Positions 57,601 to 64,000 of a DNA stretch of 64,000 nt are shown one piece after another (within the stretch, counting starts at the first letter, position 1; the number at the start of each line of letters is the position of its first letter). A program made the position numbers and the translations under genes. This DNA comes from an uncultured virus (IMG/VR IMGVR_UViG_3300023174_008090) (taxonomy: Duplodnaviria; Heunggongvirae; Uroviricota; Caudoviricetes): the IMG/VR virus record IMGVR_UViG_3300023174_008090; one strand, given 5' to 3'. A model generated the notes under the pieces. That model was not told where the DNA came from, made no database searches, and saw only the letters and a program-made list of their open reading frames with translations.

Positions 57601-60600
57601 AATGAAGTAAATGCTATTGATGATTACCCAGATGATGAAGCTTCTAATGGTCCTTATTATGGAGTTTCTAGAATTGCAAATATAGAAAGCTCTAATGCTT
57701 TATTTGAATTTGATAATTTGAAATTGATAAGAAAAAATTCTTTGTCAAATTTCGTATATTCAGGCAACAACACCACTTTTCAATCTAAAACAAAATTTAA
57801 TGCTTCATCAACAACATCTACTGATTATTACACAAGAAGATTTTGGCAACAAAATACAGATGCAAGAGATGAAGAAGAGGGAGATATAACTTGGCAGCAT
57901 ACTGTAAGCGAAAATGTTGATTACTGGTTACTTTTTCCTAAGTCAATTTCTAGCCTCTGCGATGATATAAACAAAGTTGATGAATATGTAGCACCTAGAT
58001 GGTTAAACCCAAACAATCCATCATCTAGCATAATAAGACACCCAGGTTGGATTGCAGAAAAAATTGATAAGAGTTATCCAACTGACCCTGTCACTGGAAA
58101 TAGAATATATTCTATCAGTCTAGATCCAGAATATTTAAATCCTGATAGTGGATATGCTACATGGTTATATGGCGGTGGAGTTCTTGCTGTTCCCAGTGGC
58201 GTCAATAGTGGATCTGGAACGTCTTATATAACTGCTATAGATATTTCTTTCAATGAAATGAAAACTATCTTAGCACAAACAATTTTTCATAGAATAAATG
58301 CAGATTTTCCACCAGGCAAACCAGATCTTTTTGGCAATACATCTTTGAGAAATGAAGATGGTTCTGTTCAAGAGTCTACTTTACACTTACGTGGTGGGCT
58401 TATAACAAGAGGGCCAGGTTATGGATTGATATTGCCACCAAAACAAAGCACACCTGAGGATCTTAGAAAAGCAAACTTAATAGAAGCATCTACTGGGGCT
58501 AGTGTTGGTTCGTCCGAATCTAACTTTAGAGGATATTTTCAAACATCTAATCCTTTTGGTAAAAATAAAGTAGATCATTATATAGAACTGGAAAAATCTA
58601 AAAATTTTCCTAATCCTTCAGATTTTAGAAGTTCTACAAGAAATTTTACACAAGCCAAGAGAGAAAGAGCAGCTTTTAAAGGTGGTAAAGAAAAAGTAGC
58701 AACAAATTTGTCTGCTTGCGAATCTGGCTTTGAAAAATCAATAGTTTTAGCTTATACAATACCAGGTACAGGATCAACTAATGCACCAACAGCTATAATT
58801 CAAACTGATTCGTTTTTTGATTCAATTTATGAAATTTACCCAGTAGGATTTGATGTTGTAAATGGCATAGGAATTACATTATCAGGAAAATTTCCATATG
58901 TATTAAGCTCAGAAAGTCATGCTACAAAAAGTTCTAGAGTAAATACGTATTTATTAGTAGAGAATACATCTGAAGTTAAGTCAAATTCAAGTTCATATTT
59001 TTCTTCTGTAATTGCAGCAAATACTAATATGAGAAATAAGACTTCTTGGTATCCATATATTGATGGCGAACCAAAAATTGATGCCAATTTTTCTACTTTG
59101 TCTAAAGCCTTTGAAGGCACAGTATATAACTCATATATTATTACTGATGAATCTCCAGAATTATTCAATGTTGGATATGCTGATCCTGGAGCTATTATAG
59201 TAAGATCAGTGCCATTAGGTGTTACGAATATTCAAGCACCTGTTACAGACAAATCTATATTTATTGATGGCATAGTACCTACAAATTCATCTCAATTCAG
59301 ATTATTGGATCCCATTTTGTCTTCAGGAACTGCAGTCTCTTCTTTTTCTACAATAACACAATTGGCATCTAGAGATTACTTGGTGGCATATTCACTTAAA
59401 GAAACTCCAAGAAAAATTCATTTTAAGATTATTTCTAATTATAATGCTTTACGAAAAAATTTATTATTGGATTTGGACTCTATATCTGGAAATAGTTTGA
59501 GCAATGATTATAATATTTATGGATTAACATCAACTTATGATGAATTATTAAATATACATAGATCTGTTTTTTGGAGTAATGGTGGAATTTATTATTTTGA
59601 AAATTCATTCTCATCTAGTAGTATAGGCAATTCAATATCAAGCAAATTGCACTTAATTAGAGGTAGTCTTGATGACAAACTTGTTTTTGAACTTCAAAAT
59701 AGAAAAAATATCATTACATATTTTGATAATAAAAGTCCATTAAATCAAAGTGTACCTAAACAAAGACCAGCCATAATTTCTTGTAAAAATAAAAGCTATT
59801 TTGGCAAAGTCATTGTTGCATATGATACTGGTGATTGTTCAATAGAAGCAGTTTTATTCAACCCATACTTTGATATATTAGGAACTAGAAAATTTGATAT
59901 TGAATGTGTAAATAATTTAGGATCAGATAACATCGATGCAAATGGGCAAGACAAACCTCCAATAGCTGATATACAAGCAAATCCAACAAGCGGAAAATCT
60001 GAATTAAAAGTAGATTTTCTTTCAACTAATTCTTATGATCCTAATGGGAGTGTTCTTACTTATTCTTGGGATTTTGGAGATGGAAATAAATCTACTGAAG
60101 AAAATCCATCACATACTTTTGTAAATAACACTACAAATCCAATTGAGTTTAAGGTTACTCTTATTGTGACAAACTCAAGTGGTATAAAGAGTGTTCCTGC
60201 AACAGTCACTATCACAGTAAACCCAGCGCCAGTAAATAATTTATCACCTCAAGCCAAATTTTCTGCAACCCCTACTTCTGGAGATGTAACTTTGACTGTT
60301 ACATTCACAGATCAATCTACAGCAGCAAATGATGGTTCGTTTATCCAAATATATCAATGGGATTTTGGAGATGGAAATACAGCGATAAAATTTGATAATA
60401 AACCTTTTACTTATGATTATATGATAGCAGGTTCATTTGTTCCAAAATTATATGTTAAAGATAATTTAGGTAGATTGTCAAGCACATTTATTGGACCCAC
60501 AATAAATGTGAATGGGAAAGTTAATAATCCACCATCACCAAACTTCACATGGTCTCAAACCTCTTACTCTCCAACTTTAAAAGTACAATTTACGGATACT

Positions 60601-63600
60601 TCTGTTGATGTAGAAGGTCCATTGGTTGCTTGGCATTGGGAGTTTGGAGATACCCAAACAGCTGATGTTCAAAACCCAGAACATATTTATGCATCTCCTG
60701 GTAAATATCGAGTGACACTCACTGTCACTGATTCTGGTGGCTTGCAAGTATCAGGAACAATTGAAATTACAGTTTTGCCTCCAGGAAACAATCCTCCTAT
60801 AGTAAACTTTATTTATTCTCAACAAAACAGGAAATTAGTCATTGATTTCACTGATACTTCGACAGATTCTGATGGAACAATTGCTACTTGGAATTGGAAT
60901 TTTGGAGATAATTCAACCAGTACTGTACAGAATCCATCTCATATGTATATATCAGCTGGAACATATCAAGTAATTCTTACAGTTACAGATAATGGTGGAA
61001 AATCTAGTTCTATCACAAAAAATGTTATTGTAAATCCACTTGTTAATCAAGCTCCAATTATTTCAAATATAACTGGCACACAGACAAGTTACAAGCCCCT
61101 TGTTGGTAAATTTAGTGAAACATCTTCTGATCCTGATGGTTTTATTACACAGTGGGATTGGAATTTTGGTGATGGACATACTTTTTCTACAACTGATCCC
61201 ACTTTAAAAAATCCAACAAACACTTATTTATTCCCAGGCACATATACTGTTACTCTTACTGTAACTGATGATGGCTTGCCTGATGGAACTAATAAAAAAA
61301 CAGCAACTTCAACAATTTCGTTTGTAATAGCGCCACCACCAGCAAATCAACCGCCTGTAGCTTTATTTACAGTTGATTCTAACAATTTATTGGCACCAGC
61401 TACAATTGTATTTACAGATGCTTCCACTGATGCTGATGGAAAAATAGTAAGTTGGCTTTGGGAATTTGAAACAGGTAGTACTTTATTTTTCAATGCTCAA
61501 ACATATCAAAAAACTGTGTCTCATACATTCTCTAAGTCAGGTACATACGCAGTAAAACTAACAGTTACTGATGATGGCAACCTCAAGGGTACATATATTT
61601 TAGATATTATTATTAAAAATAATGCTCCTATAGCAATACTTACGGCTTTTCCAAATCCAGCTTTATCTCAAACTCAAGTATCATTCTATGGCAATACTTC
61701 ATACGACATTGATGGTACTATTGCTAAATATGCTTGGGATTTTGGTGATACAACAACTATATCTCAAGGAACAGCATTTGAAACTCACACTTATGCAAAA
61801 CCGGGAACATATAAGGCAGCGCTAACTGTAACAGATAATATAGGCGATAGTTCTACAGCCAATTTATTTATCAATGTTACTAATAGAAGCCCAGTAGCAA
61901 GAATTACATACACAACATTGACTGTTAAGGCACCCGGAAGTTTGACATTCAATGGAGATACTTCATCAGATATTGATGGAACAATAGCTTCTTATAGTTG
62001 GAGTGTTTCTGGTTCTGTAGTAGCAACAACACCTAACACAATAATAAACTTTACAATTCAAGGCACATACATAGTTTCTCTTACTGTAACAGATGATTTT
62101 GGCGCTACAAATACTGCCAGTGTTACAGTGAATGTAACTCCTCCAGACAATATTCTTCCAATAGCAATATTGAATGTAGATAAAAATTCTGGTGTAATAA
62201 ATGATACATTTACTTTTAATGTGTCAGGTTCATATGACCCAGATGGTTCTATTGTTCTTTATCAATTAGATTTTGGAGATGGGAATTCTACTCAATTTGT
62301 TAATCCTGCTCCTATCTCTCATGTTTACAGTAAAGTTGGTAGCTACACTGCAAAACTATCTATCACTGATAATAGAAGTGGTGTAAGCTTGGAAACTATT
62401 AATTCAGTTCAAGTTATTACTATAAATAATCAGCCACCTGTAGCTAGTTTTTCATATAGTCCAACTAATGCATTTACATTTGATCCTATAACATTTACTG
62501 ACAATTCTAGTGATCCAGAAAATGCTTTGTCTAAATGGGTTTGGGATTTTGGAGATCTTACAAATTTTTCCACCACAGATCCACTACAAAAAAATCCAAC
62601 CAAATCTTATAATAAAGGCAATAAAGATTACACAGTAGCTTTAACTGTTTACGATAATTTTGGTTTGTCAAATACAACTTCTAGAGTTGTGACTATAAAT
62701 AATAGAAAACCATTTGCAGTAATTTCGACAAATTACACTCCCACAAATAATGTTATTGTGGGCATAGCTCCATTTACAGTTATATTTGATTCAAATTCTT
62801 ATGATTTAGATGGAACAATTGCAAACTACGAATGGTATATTTATGGATTAGTAGGAACACCTTTCACGACTAAATCTTTTACTTATACTTTTAATGCTGC
62901 TAGATTCACTCCATATGTGGTTACATTAAGAGTCCAAGATGATGATGGTACTTGGAGTGATTTGGCAAATATTGGAGTCAAAGTCAATCCTCCAAATATT
63001 CCTCCTGTAGCAGTAATTAAAGCAAACCCAGCATCAAATTCTAGTTTTGCACCAGTTTCAGTATCTTTTTCAGCTGCTGGTAGTTATGATCCTGATAATA
63101 TTGGTGGACCGCTTATTTATGCGTGGGATTTTGGCAATGGAAGTATTTCTGATCAAATTGAAGTAGCCACTACTTATAATAGTTCAGGTACATATAAAGT
63201 ATCTCTCACTGTTACAGATAATTTAGGTGCAACAAATACTGCTACATTAGACTATATAGTTAAAAATAATAAACCTGTAGCAGTTTTAGATACAGTGCCT
63301 ACGGGAATTACACAAGTACAAGTCAATACTTCTGTGCAATTTACTTCACAAGGTAGTTATGACTCAGATACTAATCAATTTATAAATGGATACAAATGGT
63401 TAGTTGATGGCATAAATCAAAATTTTAATACACCTAACTTGTCTGCATCATTTAGCACTGTTGGAAATCATGTTGTAACTCTTTCAGTTTTTGATAATTT
63501 AGGTTTAGAATCTAACCCTGTATCAAAAACAATAGTTGTAATTCCAGTTCCACCAGCAAATCAAAACCCAATAGCAATTCTTGGCAATGAACCTAGTGTT

Positions 63601-64000
63601 ACAGGGTACATTGAACTTAAGGTTGGTGACACTTATACTTTTGACGGCATTACTTCTTATGACCCTGAAGATGGATCTAATATTACATTTGAATGGTTAA
63701 TTGATGGAGTGAAGTCTGGATATACTTCAACATTTGCAAATCAATTCAATACAATAGGAATATTTACAGTAAGTTTAGTTGTTTTTGACACACAGAAGTT
63801 AGCTTCAACTCCTGCAACAAATTTAGGAAAAAGATATTCTGTGCAAGTAAATGTTTCTGCTTCTCCTAATCCTCTAGCAAATAAATTATTTTCAACTGGA
63901 CAAGCATTATATGGAGCAATTGCAAGTGGCTTTACTTTACCTGACAGATATGGTTTCCAGTTAGTTGATGATACAAAACAATATACTATAATTGAAGCTG
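54670..64000 (+). CDS. Giant virion/adhesin-like protein (>3110 aa, 3'-truncated) with 14 PKD domains and start of an RCC1-like repeat
   Basis: ATG 54670 (MSTYKTDRDRNYG..). The frame appears open to the window end, which explains its absence from the track. Repeated N.PP.A..S.D.DG.I..W.WDFGDG..H.Y..G.Y.V.LTVTD. Confidence 0.85.
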   Translation, partial: MSTYKTDRDRNYGILGKFKFSYTVTLVSYQGQYVGIRFDSAQVNSGAYIKFNNESNTFVAELSIGTRLPGELDEFGQGAGANWFDGDGVTSPNFSLINLGPKIPLFYRIKAGAVPLSGIFILDVQPELDKIKDGYLGKPRNLYYRHVSGTVEGYVYNGNPLSEYVEISEHYPLRETLVPSNCDADNQVWVAEELTEKTVREWPKYTTLNWFESINPNLKSRCGIFVTHTNSKGQTSTHSRFTDYSADGFFTISYKLVKTALAWQTREFNSGPSFPTSGYIRIGGNVDFGEYKIKPLITPNGVVTEDTWELRSDATWASKARIELVQEPARKVTFDSQIFHWDKPYSEYLKGYIVGFGSTGLIEKKNFACNDKDVVVPTFQTVETRSGKISGSQNYVFYQVRSTFIISSNLSGEFIRKYAPNVVFDNQQKWIFGVIDRRTAPEEFDTLLSPTKFMDYPEKWVRLSCGCVDINEESRFKTLDFDEDFFGCAPIPLLGWKFNAMTLIQDKEYVLSSNGSTAGFGYTNSQSFMGSKANPYYYGSENLSGYRYLQFDAKSKNKDAQKSTFTISEISKGFTISDNNQNLDKKSWDISIKDPSLTNTFVIDLCNPNNKIDYVDNQDSPYPRLNTYTTSKPQNTDPLGLLSVENKPKDDFLITKPISGNATSNWINDKIKKKIKSAGIIYLSDDVSKNIDYFDVDVAAFPKAGVGTNIIFGRPRVFNGKIKLSNNFNSFGHYIEDINGNIEITDPDYFKQLEVYIVKNDLTLNKTIDDILLKDKDGKYPEEFEIYDYEPGFPDETDVIGKTSLDFIDGSQYIFVDPISFFDKNTYFPYDAVIIEDTKKRKVYELVEYNKTNPDTAYISIKAPASFDINIIFKSKSSIKLGFLDGKTDDRLYSIILKFDKVQKISNNNYLLHIEYSKLDKNSLPNYDGIPPKINGENSFFFANAPIVSVNPPRLLEFNFPKDTILFTKIIPTIVSENEVNAIDDYPDDEASNGPYYGVSRIANIESSNALFEFDNLKLIRKNSLSNFVYSGNNTTFQSKTKFNASSTTSTDYYTRRFWQQNTDARDEEEGDITWQHTVSENVDYWLLFPKSISSLCDDINKVDEYVAPRWLNPNNPSSSIIRHPGWIAEKIDKSYPTDPVTGNRIYSISLDPEYLNPDSGYATWLYGGGVLAVPSGVNSGSGTSYITAIDISFNEMKTILAQTIFHRINADFPPGKPDLFGNTSLRNEDGSVQESTLHLRGGLITRGPGYGLILPPKQSTPEDLRKANLIEASTGASVGSSESNFRGYFQTSNPFGKNKVDHYIELEKSKNFPNPSDFRSSTRNFTQAKRERAAFKGGKEKVATNLSACESGFEKSIVLAYTIPGTGSTNAPTAIIQTDSFFDSIYEIYPVGFDVVNGIGITLSGKFPYVLSSESHATKSSRVNTYLLVENTSEVKSNSSSYFSSVIAANTNMRNKTSWYPYIDGEPKIDANFSTLSKAFEGTVYNSYIITDESPELFNVGYADPGAIIVRSVPLGVTNIQAPVTDKSIFIDGIVPTNSSQFRLLDPILSSGTAVSSFSTITQLASRDYLVAYSLKETPRKIHFKIISNYNALRKNLLLDLDSISGNSLSNDYNIYGLTSTYDELLNIHRSVFWSNGGIYYFENSFSSSSIGNSISSKLHLIRGSLDDKLVFELQNRKNIITYFDNKSPLNQSVPKQRPAIISCKNKSYFGKVIVAYDTGDCSIEAVLFNPYFDILGTRKFDIECVNNLGSDNIDANGQDKPPIADIQANPTSGKSELKVDFLSTNSYDPNGSVLTYSWDFGDGNKSTEENPSHTFVNNTTNPIEFKVTLIVTNSSGIKSVPATVTITVNPAPVNNLSPQAKFSATPTSGDVTLTVTFTDQSTAANDGSFIQIYQWDFGDGNTAIKFDNKPFTYDYMIAGSFVPKLYVKDNLGRLSSTFIGPTINVNGKVNNPPSPNFTWSQTSYSPTLKVQFTDTSVDVEGPLVAWHWEFGDTQTADVQNPEHIYASPGKYRVTLTVTDSGGLQVSGTIEITVLPPGNNPPIVNFIYSQQNRKLVIDFTDTSTDSDGTIATWNWNFGDNSTSTVQNPSHMYISAGTYQVILTVTDNGGKSSSITKNVIVNPLVNQAPIISNITGTQTSYKPLVGKFSETSSDPDGFITQWDWNFGDGHTFSTTDPTLKNPTNTYLFPGTYTVTLTVTDDGLPDGTNKKTATSTISFVIAPPPANQPPVALFTVDSNNLLAPATIVFTDASTDADGKIVSWLWEFETGSTLFFNAQTYQKTVSHTFSKSGTYAVKLTVTDDGNLKGTYILDIIIKNNAPIAILTAFPNPALSQTQVSFYGNTSYDIDGTIAKYAWDFGDTTTISQGTAFETHTYAKPGTYKAALTVTDNIGDSSTANLFINVTNRSPVARITYTTLTVKAPGSLTFNGDTSSDIDGTIASYSWSVSGSVVATTPNTIINFTIQGTYIVSLTVTDDFGATNTASVTVNVTPPDNILPIAILNVDKNSGVINDTFTFNVSGSYDPDGSIVLYQLDFGDGNSTQFVNPAPISHVYSKVGSYTAKLSITDNRSGVSLETINSVQVITINNQPPVASFSYSPTNAFTFDPITFTDNSSDPENALSKWVWDFGDLTNFSTTDPLQKNPTKSYNKGNKDYTVALTVYDNFGLSNTTSRVVTINNRKPFAVISTNYTPTNNVIVGIAPFTVIFDSNSYDLDGTIANYEWYIYGLVGTPFTTKSFTYTFNAARFTPYVVTLRVQDDDGTWSDLANIGVKVNPPNIPPVAVIKANPASNSSFAPVSVSFSAAGSYDPDNIGGPLIYAWDFGNGSISDQIEVATTYNSSGTYKVSLTVTDNLGATNTATLDYIVKNNKPVAVLDTVPTGITQVQVNTSVQFTSQGSYDSDTNQFINGYKWLVDGINQNFNTPNLSASFSTVGNHVVTLSVFDNLGLESNPVSKTIVVIPVPPANQNPIAILGNEPSVTGYIELKVGDTYTFDGITSYDPEDGSNITFEWLIDGVKSGYTSTFANQFNTIGIFTVSLVVFDTQKLASTPATNLGKRYSVQVNVSASPNPLANKLFSTGQALYGAIASGFTLPDRYGFQLVDDTKQYTIIEA
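59956..63858 (+). repeat. Tandem array of 14 PKD (Ig-like) domains, ~90 aa each
   Basis: Units begin near 59956, 60240, 60525, 60787, 61045, 61345, 61618, 61882, 62149, 62428, 62701, 62995, 63268 and 63559; WDFGDG/WNFGD/WEFGD cores. Confidence 0.85.

Noticed and set aside
740..59168. Many short antisense or overlapping ORFs in the track (e.g. 1622-2098, 3014-3424, 4644-4985, 54230-54637, 55398-55697, 56195-56419)
   Set aside because: They lie inside longer well-supported genes, mirror their low-complexity codons and have no start signals or motifs.
59956..63858. CRISPR array or DGR template/variable repeat pair
   Set aside because: The repeats are diverged protein-level PKD units. I saw no identical DNA repeats with spacers, no adenine-specific repeat pair and no reverse transcriptase.
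1..64000. Stop-codon reassignment (as in some large phages)
   Set aside because: ORFs are long and densely packed in the standard code. TAG and TGA end genes right before terminators or next starts (e.g. 2567, 24881, 28246).
1..64000. tRNA, rRNA, integrase, transposase, intron or intein
   Set aside because: Intergenic gaps are short and none showed a cloverleaf or recognisable motifs by eye; tRNAscan/Infernal would be needed to exclude them formally.

Overview
AT-rich segment of a large (probably jumbo) tailed dsDNA phage genome, read in the standard genetic code. (1) 1-5968: head module. It has a 5'-truncated large Zn-finger head/prohead protein, an acidic scaffold-like protein, a probable capsid decoration protein and a compact 284-aa HK97-fold major capsid protein. 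(2) 6037-29872: about 27 ORFs (~24 kb) of nucleotide-sugar/glycan biosynthesis sitting between the capsid and tail genes. These include two different His-type PLP sugar 3-dehydrases, two different ThDP C-C-forming systems, an aldolase, a DHQS-like cyclase, a sugar kinase, a HAD-nucleotidyltransferase fusion, seven SDR/epimerases, two 2OG-Fe(II) dioxygenases and about four glycosyltransferases. The set suggests synthesis of unusual C4-branched 3,6-dideoxy or higher-carbon sugars, possibly to glycosylate the virion. (3) 29867-46987, minus strand: neck/tail module with two tail-tube-like paralogues each followed by a chaperone-like gene, large beta-rich virion proteins, head-tail adaptors and Zn-ribbon proteins. 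(4) 47064-64000, plus strand: a DUF5679 protein missed by the ORF track, helical and Asn-rich proteins, and a >3100-aa ORF missed by the track that has 14 tandem PKD domains and runs off the window. Non-coding signals read from the sequence are a TANNNT-N6-ATG leaderless start pattern (7 genes), a candidate late-promoter motif AGGT-N16-T(A/C)G(A/T)A heading the three virion operons, and several intrinsic terminators. A recurring [KR]-x-A motif in head-associated proteins is a candidate maturation-protease site. All functional calls come from motif recognition by eye; no database searches were run.
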